Assembly (NCBI GenBank): GCA_951406725.2
Contig: OX597826.1
Coordinates: 44,950,001-45,014,000, forward strand
Reading direction: 5' to 3'
Origin: Octopus vulgaris
Taxonomy: Eukaryota
DNA: 64,000 nucleotides
Shown piece after piece: positions 13,226 to 28,262 of this stretch (positions within the stretch are counted from its first letter, which is position 1; each line of letters opens with the position of its first letter). Position numbers and translations under genes: made by a program. The notes under the pieces were generated by a model. That model was given only the letters and a program-made list of their open reading frames with translations. It had not been told where the DNA came from and did no database searches.

Positions 13226-14127
13226 CAAAGGTCCAGCACTTTGCTGGTGCGTTATTTTATCGAGTACGCATGGATGAAATAGAGACTTGACTTAACGGGA
13301 GTGAAGCTTTTAAAACGCAAAAAGCCAGAATAAATAGGGCAAATAAGTTTTTATGACATTGTAACGATTCTGCTAGCACGCCACCTATCTAAGACATAAT
13401 TACCTGTTCATGATTTAGGCACAAAGCTAACTCTGAGGAAAGGGTTTTGTCGATATTCTGACTACCACCTTATTTTATCGCCCCCAGAGGGAGGAATTGT
13501 AGAATTACCTTCAGAGGCATTTGTATTCAGAAAGTAAAGAGCTGGAACAACTACCGCAAAGTATATTTTGCGGATGTTGTAACCAGTCTACTAGTACGCA
13601 CGCTTGCCGTGAATAAATAATACCAACAAGGAAAGGGGAGGTATTAACATAAACCACACACAAAAAAAGGTGTCAAAAAACAGCAAAGCTACCAAACCCA
13701 GGGGTATGCTAATCCCTGAACATATGGAGAACAAAGCAATTCAACCGGATATTATTGTTTAGGACCACCCGGAAACGAGGTTTCCTCCTAATCAAGCCAC
13801 CAATCCCATTAGACAATAATGTCTATATAATAACTGGAAGAAATAAAAAAAAAAATTAGTCACTTATAAAGATTTGGTAACAAAGATAACGGTAATGTAG
13901 AATTGCAAACAAACACGATCTCTATAATAGGGGCCCTGGGAATGAGGAAAAAAGACATTTAGACAATTACATAACCAAAACAGAAAATAAAACCCTCCAT
14001 AGGCCTTAAGCATATACGCAAAGTAGAGATATAACGCTACTAGGAACACAACACAATCTGCTCACTATTTTGATTTGAATAGAAAACAGAAGAACAAAAA
14101 CTAAACAAAACACCGTATCATTCGTCT

Positions 14128-14493
14128 TTTATCTTTTACTTGTTTCGGTCATTAGACTACAGCCATGCTGGAGCAACTCCTTGAAGAATCTTTTTAGTCG
14201 AATGAATCGATCATACTTATTTAAAAAAAAATCTGGTTGCTATTCTATCGGTCTCTTGGGCCGAAAAGTTAAATTGCGGAAGGCATAAACACACCAACAC
14301 CGGTGGTCAAGCGGTTGTGCAGGACTAACACAAGCACAAAGACACACGCACACACGTACGCACATACACACATAAAGACACACACACACAGACACATACA
14401 CACACACACACATACACACACATATATGATGGGTTTCTTTCAGTTTCCGTCCCTGCAGGCTTTGGCTGACCTGAGACTGTTAGCAGAAGACAT
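14128..14493 (-). mobile_element. SINE group B (interrupted by SINE C)
   Basis: Tail TTTTACTTGTTTCGGTCATT...CATGCTGGAGC, internal CA tract and CTTCTTTCAGTTTCCGTC-like body. Confidence 0.75.
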
Positions 14494-14544
14494 TTAGATA
14501 GCTGAAAGGAACGAATAGCATGGTAGAGTTGAGAGTTGCTGCTG

Positions 14545-14881
14545 AGACCCCTCTGGTCATGACTGACCATGGGATTGTACGTAGAAAGATACTCTTCCAG
14601 GCACAAGTCCGGGCAAGGTTATTTTATGGAAGACCAGCAGTCGTCCATGCATACCGGCCTCCCCTGTCCACGTCACCAGTGTTATCCAAGGAAAAGACAA
14701 AGGCCGATACAGCTTGGCACCTGTGACGTCACAACTCATTTCTACAGCTGAGTGAACTGGAGCAACATGAAATAAAGTGTCTTGCTCAAGAACACAACAA
14801 GCAGCCCGGTCCGGGATTCGAACTCACAACCTCACGATCGCAAGCTCGACCCTCTAACCACTGAGCCATCCGCCTTTACCA
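14545..14881 (-). mobile_element. tRNA-derived SINE group C (head C plus tail type 2)
   Basis: Head TGGCTCAGTGGTTAGAG...GAGTTCGAATCCCGG with A and B boxes, and a CORE-like GTTCTTGAGCAAGACACTTTA segment. Confidence 0.85.
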
Positions 14882-15050
14882 TGGTAGGGTAGGATGCAGG
14901 TATTAAGCCTGATATGCATGCAATACTCCAGGAGTTCCAACAAAACCTATAATAAAGAGAAAATAGTAATAATAATTTCGAATTTTAGCGCAAAGCCAGC
15001 AATTTCGTGGAAGTGGGTAAGTCGTTTACATTAACTGGTATTTATTTATA

Positions 15051-15272
15051 AGGCGGTGAGCTGGCAGAATCGTTAGCACGTCGGGCGAAATGCTTAGTGG
15101 TATTTCGGCTTACGTAACGTTGCGAGTTCAAATTCCGCCGAGGTCGACTTTGCCTTTCATCCTTTCGGGGTCGATAAATTAAGCACCAGTTACGCACTGG
15201 GGTCGATGTAATCGACTTAATACCTATGTTTGTCCCCTCTATGTTTAGCCCCTTGTGGGTAATAAAGAAATA
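15051..15272 (+). mobile_element. SINE-A inserted in an older antisense SINE-A
   Basis: Full SINE-A with direct repeat GGTATTTATTT on both sides. The host SINE-A continues at 14980-15048 and 15283-15312. Confidence 0.85.
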
Positions 15273-15404
15273 GGTATTTATTTTATAGACTCCAAGAAGA
15301 TGAAAGGCGAAATAACAATGACGACGACGACGATGACGATGATGATGATGATGATGACGACAGTGACAATGACAACGATGACAACAACAACAGCAACATC
15401 AGCA

Positions 15405-15977
15405 GAGGCACAATGGCCCACTGGTTACGGCAGCGTACTCGCGGTCGTAAGAACGCGGTTTTGATTCCCAGACCGGGCATTGTGAGTGTTTATTAAGCAA
15501 AAACACCCAAGCTCCACGAGGCTCCGGCGGGGTGGTGGTGGTGAACCTCGCTGTACTCTTTCACCACAACTTTCTCTCACTCTTTCTTCCTACTTCTGCC
15601 GCAAAGCAGAGGAACCATGGTGTAATCCACTATGGTGTGGTAAAATTTCAGACCCTAGTCTAGATTGCGAATCCTCTGTACCCCAGGATGGTTCAGCTCT
15701 CCACCCGTCAAAAGCCACCGTTTACGGAATGAGGATAAAAAACGTAGCTTTCGCGCCCGTGCAACCGCCAGTCTATCGCGTGTGATGGGTGGATCTTCAA
15801 GTTGCCGCACGCATTCTTAGTAGCTTAGAGTAGGCTCGAATTAGAGATTATTCTTTGTGGCTAATGGCGTGAGTTCTGATTGGAAGAAGAAGAAGAAGAA
15901 GAAGAAGAAGAAGAAGAAGAAGAAGAAGAAGAAGAAGAAGAAGAAGAAGAAGAAGAAGAAGAAGAAGAAGAAGAAGA
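15405..15977 (+). mobile_element. tRNA-derived SINE group D with RTE-like tail ending in (GAA)n
   Basis: Head and central domain match 63590-63765 on the minus strand. The 3' half differs and ends TTCTGATTG(GAA)n. Confidence 0.75.
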
Positions 15978-16309
15978 CAGCAACATCAAGCATCAGCAAG
16001 AGTGGTTTCTGATATAGGCACAAGGCCAACAATTATAAAGGCAGTGGGTTTGGGGTTTCAATCATTACCAAGCATTCTTAGTCCTTATCTCGTATTTTAT
16101 TTTATCGACCTTGAGAATATGAATTGCAAAGATGACCTCAGCGGAATTTGAAAAATTAATAATAACAATGATTGCCGTCACTATAGCGACAATATTGAGT
16201 GACAAATGTAAAGATATCAATAAAGTGTGTGCATTTAACAAGAAAATCGAATGAGCGAGGGAAAATTGCATGAATAGAAGTATAGATGACATATAAAAAT
16301 AATGAGGAA

Positions 16310-16353
16310 TGGTGTTGATAATGATGATGATGATTAGGAGAATGATAAAGCTG

Positions 16354-16385
<32 letters not shown>

Positions 16386-16533
16386 GTTAGCAGTGGCGGC
16401 GGTGGTCCAGCTACTGCTGCTGTTGCTGGTAGTGGTCGCGATGATTATGATGATGATGATGATGACGTTGATGACAACGATCAAGATGATGATGATGACG
16501 ATGATGCTAATCATGATAACGATGAATAGGATT

Positions 16534-16573
<40 letters not shown>

Positions 16574-16580
16574 CTATGAC
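16310..16580. repeat. Compound (ATG)n/(GTT)n/(GTG)n trinucleotide repeat
   Basis: Seen directly in sequence. Confidence 0.9.
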
Positions 16581-16640
16581 TCAGTGTGAATGCAAACTGA
16601 TGTAAACAGATTTGATTAGCAAATAATTCGGTGACTGTTG

Positions 16641-17440
16641 CTATCGATGCTGAGTGATGAGTAATGAAAGCCATGAGTTGTCTACCTTAGAGTCATCAAA
16701 GATAATGATCTTAAGATAGAGAGATGCGGTGAGATAGATGTCTTCAATTTCGGAAGAGAGAAAATCGGTCACTTGCTGGTAGTCGTAAGAGGTTAGTGAG
16801 TAGCAGATAGAGACAATATAAAAATTTGCTTCAAATTTTAGCACAGAGCCAGCAATTTTGAGGGAGGGGGTTAAGTCGAATATAGCTACATCAGTGCTGA
16901 ACTGGTACTTATTTTATCGATCCTGAAAATATGAAAGGCAAAGTTGACTTCGGTGGAATTTGAACTCAGAGAACCGCCAAGCATTTTGCCCGGTGTGCTA
17001 ACAATTCTGCCACCTCACCGCCAGAGATAATATATTTATTAAGAGGAATGAGAGAGATGTCGAGTCAGAATAACTGGAAGTTTGTATTGTTAGTATCCAC
17101 CTGAAAGAGATAAGTTATGGCGTGAGTAAGCACAGACATCAACATTCAGGAAGAAATATTTGTATTTACTCAAAAACACCAAGGGAAATATGATTCGATA
17201 GCAGCCATTGTTTCAGTTGATCAAACTTGGGAATCCAGCAGGAAAACAATGGTAGTTGACTGTGACAGGACCCTACGGTGGAGGTACTAGAAGACTCTAC
17301 CAACATGACATTCTGAGATGTGGATATTGGTATATATGTGAAAATGATATTTGTGAAAACGGATGGATATGTGTATCTCGTGGCTATCATCTTGAAGGAA
17401 GTTAAATTTAGAACGAGTGTTTGGTTAAAAATCAAATGTT
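16641..17440 (-). pseudogene. Decayed APE endonuclease of a CR1/L2/Jockey-type LINE, split by a SINE-A at 16822-17022
   Basis: ICYSLTS...DFLSSEIEDI...KIIIFDDSKVDNSWL resembles the APE motif YRSP...IIILGDFNVHN..WL. Confidence 0.4.
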
Positions 17441-17860
17441 ACCAAAGAAGTGGTTGATAAAGGTAGGAATATTGACGTGAGATGGGAGGAAGCTGGTGCA
17501 TTTAAAGATATTAGAATCGTACATTTTTATGTTTTACCAGTACCAGCGACGAAACGGCTGCATCGCCATGCTTGAGATTTTATAAGACGGCTATGTTTGG
17601 CAGAACAGGAAGAAGAAGGAAAAAGAAAATACACAAGTTGATGATTTGGATAGGTTTATTTATGGTCAAGGAAGGAAACACAGCGCCTATAATTTTTTAG
17701 CAGAGCATCCAAGAATGATAGAAAGAAGCGACGAAATTATTGTTGAAACGGATACCTTATCTGAATGCTCGCACAAGCGCAGATTCCGTTAAATTTTATC
17801 CAAGGGCCAGACATATACATAAATACATACATAATACATACATGCATACATATATTATAT

Positions 17861-17973
<113 letters not shown>

Positions 17974-19281
17974 GTGTGTGTATTGACGTTCTGAAATATA
18001 AGTTTGACTCTATCAATACATTTCGTTTTGGAAAGTTGACGAAGAACAGAATATTCTTTAGACGGCTGAAAGTAATATACATTTGAGACATGTTCTAATT
18101 AGAAGTAAGTTTTATGTCTAGAAATTTGGCTGCATGACGTTGTTTTACGCTGTTAGGAACACTAGAGGGTTAGAACGAAAGTTTGCTGTCATATATTATA
18201 TGTCAAACATACTAGTTGTCAAACAGCGATAATTATTACTGGAACTGTTGGTGATTTGTGATATTTTAGTACTGTCTTACTAATTTCAATGAATGTTACT
18301 TTACCTTTCAAACAGAAATATTATCATCTGAACATCTATACAATTGAAGACAGTAAAAAAAAAAGAAGAAATAGAAAGAGATAATGAACGAAAGTACATT
18401 TAAAGTTTAGTAAGCAAGCGTGGTCACCAAGTTTCGTTTATTTCATGTCTGAAGACAAATTCTGCCAGAAATAACAGATTTTATTCTGCATATGTATATC
18501 TGGTTTCACGCATAACTTTAGATGTCTCAATGTTATGAAAGATGAGAAGAAAGATTTTATGTTTAAACTTAGCTAGTGTTGGCTTATAATATTGATTCTC
18601 TCACTAATGTGTCCATGTCCCCAAACGCCGGTTTGTTTATAACTGCTCCTTTTGTCTGCAGGCATATATAAAATAGATAAATCAGTAAGAATTCTTTACA
18701 ACATTACTTCGTTTATTTTAGATTTCATACTGAATGCATTTCAGTGTGAAAAGATCATTAATCCCAAACTTCTCGTAGCTAAAAATACCTGCAGCTTACA
18801 AACCTCTTAAGATGCACTTCCAACAGCGATACGATCCGCTTAATCTTTTTCACCTTCTTTCCCTTTTTGTTACACAATTCTGCGACTAACACTTGCTCAG
18901 GAAAATGCATTTATTTGCAAAATTCCAAGTGCAAATGAACCAAAATAATGTATTTATTCCGTTTGAGGTTGGGCGCGTAGAAAGAATTGTAAGTATTTGT
19001 GTACGAGTGTATCTGCGTAGATCGGTAGATTTCCGTACTACAGCTTTTGGTTGGTTCTAAGCTGAGATTTTTGGGCATCAATTCCTAAATACGATTCACC
19101 CAGTACTAATTTCTGCGAACCATATTGAGTTAAACTTTAACATGTTCAAAGCATGTCACCAAATACTTGTTGCGTGTTATGTTTGCCTGATTTTCTTTGA
19201 AAATATACAGCAGAACATGTAATCGACATATCACGTGACTGAAGTACACATTTGAGTATTACTAAATACTGATGCGACCAT

Positions 19282-19470
19282 TTGGCTGAATCACTAGTAC
19301 GTCGGACAAAATGCTTAACAACATTTCTTCTGATTCCTTGCATTCTGAGTTCAAATCCCACCGAAGTCAACTTTGCCTTTCGTTCATTTTCGGTCGTTAA
19401 AATAAAGCTCCAGTGTAGTACTGGGGTGGATATAATCGCTTTACCACTCTCCTCAAAATTGTTGGCCATG
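19282..19470 (+). mobile_element. Diverged SINE-A
   Basis: CTGAGTTCAAATCCCACCGAAGTCAACTTTGCCTTT body. Confidence 0.7.
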
Positions 19471-19659
19471 AACCCTTTAACCGGTCTCGCAATCCGTTTT
19501 GGTGGAATGTTGTGAAATAGGTCACTTATCCGGCATGAAAACCAGGTAACAAGCTTGGGCAAGTGTCTCCTAATATGGCTTCTAGCCGAGCAATGTCTTG
19601 TGAGTGAATTTCATAAAAGTAAATTATGTAGTTAAAACTCGTATACTCGTATATATATA

Positions 19660-19820
19660 TATTTATTTTCTCTACTTGTTTTTTTCTGTGTTCCTTTCTG
19701 TAGAAGAGCGTAGGCTCGAAACGCTAAAGAAATGTTCACTTCCCGAGCGTTATACTAATACATCTGTTTGTTGTCTACACCACCTGTCTTCGTCTTCTGT
19801 TTTTTTGTGAATTCTCCCTA
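19660..19820 (+). mobile_element. PLE tail module, family HHR-1 (hammerhead motif 19694-19729, cleavage triplet mutated)
   Basis: CTTT-CTGTAGA-A-GAGC-GTAG-GCTC-GAAAC-GCT-AAAG. Homologous to 31940-32120, 37035-37230 and 53790-53950, and lies between TA tracts. Confidence 0.8.
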
Positions 19821-19860
19821 TATATATATATGTCTATCAAGACAGACGGGAGAAGAGAGA

Positions 19861-19908
<48 letters not shown>

Positions 19909-19921
19909 ACACATATATACG

Positions 19922-19971
<50 letters not shown>

Positions 19972-19983
19972 GATATATATATA

Positions 19984-20023
<40 letters not shown>

Positions 20024-20039
20024 AATAAATAAAACATAT

Positions 20040-20365
20040 GCATATATACATAGATATAGGTACGTACCTACTTCTACATGTATATATACATGCATATATG
20101 GGTACAGGACACCAAAAAAAAACGTCGAACACAATGAGAAACGAAAACATAAACACAAAACCAAGGAAATGGACATTTTTTTAAAACAACGAAAAAATAG
20201 AGTACAGGACATACAAAACAAGGAAAATTCCCCTTCTTCAGTCGCCTTAATTTCATCTACTCCACGTTTCAAAGGTCAAGGCGATACATGACTTCAATGA
20301 AATTTTCTTTCCGCGAAAATCAAATTAAATAAAATTTGAGATTTTTTTGCGGAGGGGTAAAAATA
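20040..20365 (-). mobile_element. Repeat family X, second copy
   Basis: High similarity to 8757-9030 (e.g. AAAAATGTCCATTTCCTTGGT). Confidence 0.8.
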
Positions 20366-20417
20366 CACACACACACTTATATACGATATATATATATATA
20401 CGATATATATTTATATA

Positions 20418-20486
<69 letters not shown>

Positions 20487-21378
20487 ACACACACATATAT
20501 ATGTATGTATGCATATGGTGGGCGCTGTATAGGTCTTTTTGTTTCTCCCTCCACCACTTAACATACCTGTTCTTCAAAACAGACCGACAAATTAAGTACT
20601 AGATATAAAAAGTACCAAGGTTAATTTTTTCGATTAAACGATGCCTTCAAATGATGCCTAAATATGGCTGCACTCCAGTGACAGAAACAATAAAAAGTAA
20701 AATGAAAAAGAACTATTATTCTTTAAAGACATATTAGGAGACACTTGCCCAATTTACCGTGCAGTGAGTCTGAACCTGAATCCATGTGGTTGCGATGCAG
20801 GCTTCTTTACCACACAGCCATGCATGCGCCTATAATATATTAATTATATATATTTTCGAATCAACACATTCTAATTCGACATTCTTTTCAGGAGATGATA
20901 TCAAGCAAGAAATACGTTTTTTCTCTAGTTCCATTTTTTGTGAGATATTTTTGAAAACTGATTCATACATTCGTTTCTATAGCAACTGTGTAAAATGAAA
21001 GCATACTCGTACAAACAAAATTGTAAACAGCATTAGGGATGTTTTAAATACGTATTAAACGGGATTAAAAAATGTTTGCGCCGAACCTTCCTGGAGGTAG
21101 AGTAGAATAAATTAGATGGAAAATCGTTGTTTAATTTTAAATAAAATCGAATTATTTCAAAGAATAAACCAATAAGCTGAAAGAGAATTTAGACTGCATC
21201 AAAGAAAAATAGTGTTGGAGCAAAACATGGATAATTACAGATTACTCCAAGTTCGAAATATAAAAATAAATAAATGAATAAATAGATAAATAAATGGCTA
21301 AAAAGTTGGGTTGGAAAATGGGATCTCTCAAAATGTAGATATATGATTCTCCCCTAGATAATATTATGCAGTTATAAA

Positions 21379-21582
21379 AGGCGGCGCGCTGGCTGAATCG
21401 TTAACACGCCAGGCAAAATATTTAGCGGCATTTCGTCCGTCTCTACGTTCTGAGGTCGACTTAGCTTTTCGTCACTTTCGGGGTCGATAAAATAAGTACC
21501 AGTTGAGCACTGGGTTCATGGAAATCGATCTAATCAACTGCGCCTCTTTCCTGAAATATCGTGCCAAAATTTGAAATCAATA
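21379..21582 (+). mobile_element. Diverged SINE-A with alternative tail (GTGCCAAAATTTGAAA)
   Basis: SINE-A head and central domain present. Confidence 0.7.
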
Positions 21583-22143
21583 TTATATACTTATATCTGT
21601 AGATAAAATGTAAATTGTTAACATAAGTACAAAATATAAAATATAACTGTTAATACATCTGTTAATACAGATGCCACAGTTTTGTCACGGTGTAGTGAGG
21701 GAATCCAGCAAGAAGGATAAAGTAAAATGATTAGCAGAACTAGAAAGTCAAACACAGTAATCAAGGGCACTGAATGAAAGTAAGGACTTGGAAATGTCAC
21801 CTTCAAGTGCATGTACATATCCAAATACATACCTAAATTTATACCCGAAATTTATGGTTGTGGAAGAAAGTTCACTAATATTGAAGGAGAGAGGGAAGGA
21901 GGAAGGGGTCAAGTTGAGAGAAATATCGTTGTATATAGTTTCTGAAGTTAATATTTTCGGCGGAAAGTGGAGTTCCGTTGAATGATAATTGTGCTGTAGG
22001 GCAGATTACGACGGTGAGGTATTATGGAAAAAGTTTCATTAAATTTGGAGCAAGGTTGTTGTTCAGAATTTATTCATGCATGTAGAAGTTTAAATAGCGC
22101 CAAAAAGTAAAAAAAATCTGCTGACTAACTAAAATATATCAAC

Positions 22144-22362
22144 TGGCAGAAACGTTAGCACGCCGGGCGAAATGCGTAGCCGTATTTCGTCTGCCGTTAA
22201 GTGTTCTGAGTTCAAATTCCTCCGAGGTCGACTTTGCCTTTCATCCTTTCGGGGTCGATAAATTAAGTACCAGTTACGCACTGGGGTCGATGTGATTGAT
22301 TTAATCCCTTTGTCTGTCCTTGTTTGTCCCCTCTATATTTAGCCCCTTGTGGGTAGTAAATA
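22144..22362 (+). mobile_element. SINE-A with TSD
   Basis: Near-consensus copy flanked by ATATATCAACT. Confidence 0.9.
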
Positions 22363-22699
22363 AATATATATCAACTAATTACATTCTTTTGTGAACCCTT
22401 TATAATTCCATAACGTAAGAACTGACACGCCTAAACTAAAACATCTAATTACGTCATACTTCAACTACCTGCCAGGAAAACGGAACTTCTTTCATCATAG
22501 TGGATGCGAGCTTTCGTCGCTGGTTTGGTTGTTACTGATTTTATTAATGATTGGGAGGGGTTCAGTTACTACTGTTGCTGCTGCTGCCACTGATGATGAT
22601 GATGATGATAATGATGATGATATTCTCCCATAATAATAATGAAAATATTTATTGTAGCCCGTCTTTTACGCCAAGACAAAACATGCAACCAGAATGTCA

Positions 22700-23528
<829 letters not shown>

Positions 23529-23789
23529 TATATACATACACTCGCACATATATATTTTCTCGTATATTCCATCTTCTGTCTTTCATTTATTATATATATG
23601 TATGTATATATGTGTGTATATATATATGTATGTATATATATATACATATATATGTGTGTAAATATATATGTATATATGCATACATACATACATACATACA
23701 TACATATAAGGAGTACGATGGAAACCTTACTTCTAGTTGACTCCATATATATAAATGTATACATATATAATTATGACTTATTTATTTAT

Positions 23790-23809
23790 CATTATTATTA
23801 TTATTATTA

Positions 23810-23866
<57 letters not shown>

Positions 23867-23869
23867 TTA

Positions 23870-23939
<70 letters not shown>

Positions 23940-23940
23940 C

Positions 23941-23986
<46 letters not shown>

Positions 23987-23990
23987 ATAG
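23790..23990. repeat. (TAT)n-(TAG)n compound microsatellite
   Basis: Seen directly in sequence. Confidence 0.95.
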
Positions 23991-24791
23991 TATCATTATA
24001 TATCTGCAGCAATTGATAAAAAGTGTTTTTCAGTGTAGAATATGTTTTTTTTTCTTTAGAAATGTGTATTTTATATATATATTAAGAGCTGAATATAATG
24101 CATGTAAATTATTATTGATTTCTCATTTAATACATTTAACAATGGTGTCTGGGGGGCATTAATGAAGTAGGTAAATTGAAATACTTTCAGGGGAAAATCG
24201 AAACCATTTTGTTGAATACTAATTTTCTTTTCATTAAAGTACCAATGACTCACATACAACTGGACCGCACGCTTCACAGCATTCTTACCTTGAATTCATA
24301 TTCGGAGCGGTTTCACTAGGTCTTTGTTGTTTAAATAAATACAGGAAGAAATACAAATATAAGCTCAAAGTGCGGCAGAAAGACCCCTCGTGATTTACAC
24401 GGTTATTAGTGTGGTGCTATGTAAGTTAAGCAGATAATAATTGCTTCCACATGTAGCTAATGTCTCAACCTATTTTACAGATAACGTGATAGTTTGGATC
24501 GCTGCAAGACCATGCGTTTGCTGTTGAAACGTATGTCAACCTGTAAACTGTGGAAGAGTTGTTTTTACTGCATTCTGAATTAAAATATATCTCAATTATA
24601 TCTTAGCTACGAGAAATGTTTTGACTGCCTGTTCTAGTAATGTGAACAAACTAATTTTCTCATAGTAATCCTATAACTATAGATTTAGACTGCTAGGTTG
24701 TTTCCTGATATTGTGAACGGGTTAACGCTGTTGCTTTACGATCAAACTTACTGCAGGTATATATTGAGGGTATAAGCTTAGAAATATGAGC

Positions 24792-24839
<48 letters not shown>

Positions 24840-24849
24840 TATTTTATTC

Positions 24850-25190
24850 TTCTATTCTTTTACTTGCGTCAGTCACTTGACTGCGGCCATGCTAGAGCAC
24901 CCATTTAGTCGAATAAATCGACCCCAGGACCTATTCTTTGTAAGTTTAGTACTTATTCTATCGAGCTCGTTTGTCGAGCGGCTAAATACGGAGATGTAAA
25001 CACACCAACATCGGTTGTAAAGCGATGGTTGGGGTACAAACACTAACACACAGACATATACATACATACATACATACATACATACATACATACATACATA
25101 CATACATACATACATACATACATACATACACACACACACACTCACACACACATATACCATATATTTACGACGAGCTTCTTTCAGGTTTCT
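24850..25190 (-). mobile_element. SINE-B 3' part with internal (CATA)n
   Basis: Matches the SINE-B tail and GACGAGCTTCTTTCAG. Confidence 0.8.
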
Positions 25191-25258
25191 GACAGATAGA
25201 TAGATAGATACTCATATATATATCTATCTGTCTATCTATATGTATGTATGTATGTATG

Positions 25259-25289
<31 letters not shown>

Positions 25290-25314
25290 AGAATGAATGT
25301 TTTTATATATAATG

Positions 25315-25845
25315 AACGAGAAATACAGGAAGGGACGAACACGGAACACAGACAAATCATTCGAAGCCTTCAATCTTCAGTCAGACACCGAATCATCATA
25401 GCAAATTTCGGCTGTTCAATTCTGATATTTGCTCCAACTCGGCCAGCCCCAAGAAAAAAAACTAAGCTGTAAGCATTAGATTTCTTGGTAGAAGACAGGA
25501 ATGTGAACGCACAAGACGGATGTGAATACAAGAGACGAAAACGAAATTGAAAACAGTAATGAAAAAACAAAACATATATAACGGTGGTTGTCATACGACT
25601 TTAGACCAAATGAGACAAAACAACAACAACATAGCAGCTGGCGTAGAAATAATTACCGTTTCGGTAGCGGGGACACATGTTGGTCGAGATACGAAGGCCA
25701 ACAGAATGGTTGAAGAAGCAGCAGGTCGCAGGAGAGAGAGAAAGAGAGACAGAGAGACAGAGAGAGAGGGAATCAAAGAGGGTGGAAGGCAGGGGACAGA
25801 ATCAGTGACCAAGAGAGGAGAAAGAAGGGATTAAGGAGGATGGGA
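25315..25845 (-). mobile_element. Probable PLE-type 3' UTR/terminal repeat of another family
   Basis: Same architecture as 31350-32120 (pyrimidine-rich tract, then a tail ending in TA repeats). No complete hammerhead found. Confidence 0.35.
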
Positions 25846-25935
25846 GGAAGAGATCGGAGGGCGCCTATATATATATATATATACGCACATACATGCACGC
25901 ACAGCATATATTTATTGGCGTATGCACACACTCTT

Positions 25936-26825
25936 AGAACGTGCGCGATGGGTAGACTGTCGCCATTCCATATCTTTAATTTCCGTCATGAGCATTGTTT
26001 GTTTCTGATTTTGTCGGCTACACTGTACAGTAGCTTCAGTTGGGCAACGTGTGTGGGAACAACAGTACCATGACGCAATTCACTCTGCCAGATATTTTGG
26101 AAACAGCATACTGTACTGCTTGGCATTCGTGCTGGAAGCTCCAATATGGACAGATGGGGAACACACAGAACGACCGCTGGCTTGCCGTATCCCCAAAACA
26201 TGTACCGAGAGTGATAAAAATCAAACATCCAGTCGACATCGTGGTGTTTGAAGTGATCACTAGTGATGGCGATGTTATGCCTCCATTCATCTTCCCACAC
26301 GACCTCACACTCAACACGGAGGCCTACATCAAGTGCCTGGAAGCGGTAGTACTGCTCTGGGTCAAGAGGGGGGTTGCTGGAAGACCTTATGTCTGGGAAC
26401 TGTAACTCTGCACCATGCTACACAAACATGTGAACCCAGCCATGGCTGTCAGACAATTTCTGGGACCACATCACCCCTAACATTCTCCACCTGTAACTCC
26501 CCACACTGTAACCTCCTTGATCATTATGTGTGGGGCGTAGTTGAGCGAGCGATTAACAAAACTCCTTTTTAAAATCACAGACGAACTGAAGGCAAGGATT
26601 ATGGTGACATTCACTAACTTAAGGAGACAATACAGAAGAGTTACAGGAGATTCTGAAATTGTCTGGAGGCCGCAGTTGAAGCCAATGGTGTTTTATTGAA
26701 CGAATTTATTCTTTAATATTTCATGACATTTTTATGTAAGTTCGGTAAATGTATCTGTTAAAATGAGATGTCAATGTTATTTTTACTTTTACATAATTTA
26801 GACAATATATTCACTACACCACGCG
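25936..26825 (+). mobile_element. Internally deleted Tc1/mariner (maT/DD37D-like) DNA transposon
   Basis: NTQNDRWLA, KHPVDIVVFEVITSDGDVMPPFIF, RPYVW, SAP, PNSPHCNLLDHYVWGVVE. The N-terminus is fused directly to the catalytic domain and the ends are degenerate. Confidence 0.85.
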
Positions 26826-27202
26826 CACTCGCACACTCTCATGCACACTTATTCACACACACACACACATTTATATATGTATGAATAGATACATATAATT
26901 TATTTTAAATAAAGTGTAATTGAAAACACAACAACATATCTTCCACGAAATGTGACAGGATCATACGACAGAACTCATGTTTTCTACAAGTCAACATCGT
27001 ACGTAAAGTAATGTCTTACAAAATGCAGGTGTTGTATAGTGTTTTGTTTCTGAAAGGCAGATATATTCTCTGAGTTTATTTTAGCTGCATGTCCTTGAAT
27101 ATTTGTTTACAAGTTATGAAAAGCCACGATATGATGAAACTGATTTCTTCTCCTTTGACTCTGAAGGTTGTGACTTACAACCAGTTCAACATGTTTATAA
27201 AA

Positions 27203-27256
<54 letters not shown>

Positions 27257-28016
27257 ATGTATATATATGTATGTGTGTTTATGTATATATATTTATTTAT
27301 GCATATATATGTGTGTATATATAAATACATATATATATGTGTATATATATATATGTATATATATACATACATATTTACATGCAAGAAGGAGTACGGTTGG
27401 AAACCGTACTTTTAGTTGACTCCAATTTTTTCAATTTTATATTCACACACGACGAATGCCCATACTATCGGATAGTACTGGGCAATTCTGAAAGTGCGCA
27501 AGCTTCATACTGCATTTTACCACGTTCCTAATGGAATATACCATAACTATATATGTGTGTGTGTGTGTGTTTGTGTACCGTTATGTATATATATATATGT
27601 ATATATGTATGTGTGGCTGTATGGTAGGTAGAAAACTTTTTGCCATGCATCCACGACTGTGGCTTGAATTATATATCACCTCCCCAACCCCGGACTACCA
27701 TTTGGGTGGCGAGGATACTTACATTGTCTTTGTTTTATGTTAGCGTATGAATAAATTGGTGTGAATAAAATACATCTGAGCAGGAGAAATGATAAAATAT
27801 ATGTTTAAAGAATAAATGAACTTGATATTCTCGAATAGCTATAGTTATAGTTTATGTCATGCTGATGGTTTCTGAAGATTATGAAATGGTACCGAACGTA
27901 AGTGACAATAATTAGAATTTACGTAAACAACAAATAAATATATTGGTGAATTCTATGTGTCCTTTTCCATAATTTTTGAATTTCAACTTATGACGAAATA
28001 ATTATGCCCCTTATAA

Positions 28017-28210
28017 AGACCGCGAAGTAGACCGAGGAAAATGTGGAGGGGACAGGTAGAGGAGGATATTGGGAGGGTTGGTTTGAAAAAGGAGGACGCC
28101 CAAAACCGGGCAAGTTGGCGAGATGTTGTGTGAGGGCGGTTCCTATGACACTGAGGTAGATCCGGCCACTCCCGTTAGCGGGGACAAAACTCGAATTTAA
28201 AACACTGGAC

Positions 28211-28261
<51 letters not shown>
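28017..28261 (+). mobile_element. 5'-truncated RTE-clade LINE 3' end with (GAT)n tail
   Basis: RPRKMWRGQVEEDIGRVGLKKEDAQNRASWRDVV* matches the RTE ORF C-terminal pattern GRP..W...V..D..GL...A.DR..WR. TTATAA on both flanks. Confidence 0.8.

Positions 28262-28262
<1 letters not shown>

Noticed and set aside
14800-14881. tRNA-like sequences at SINE heads (also 43170-43241 and 63690-63765)
   Set aside because: They have A/B boxes but continue into SINE bodies, with TSDs at some copies, so they were not called as tRNA genes.
24481-24530. Exon-like segment with acceptor TTTTACAG and donor GTATGT
   Set aside because: Stops occur in all three frames and there is no other support.
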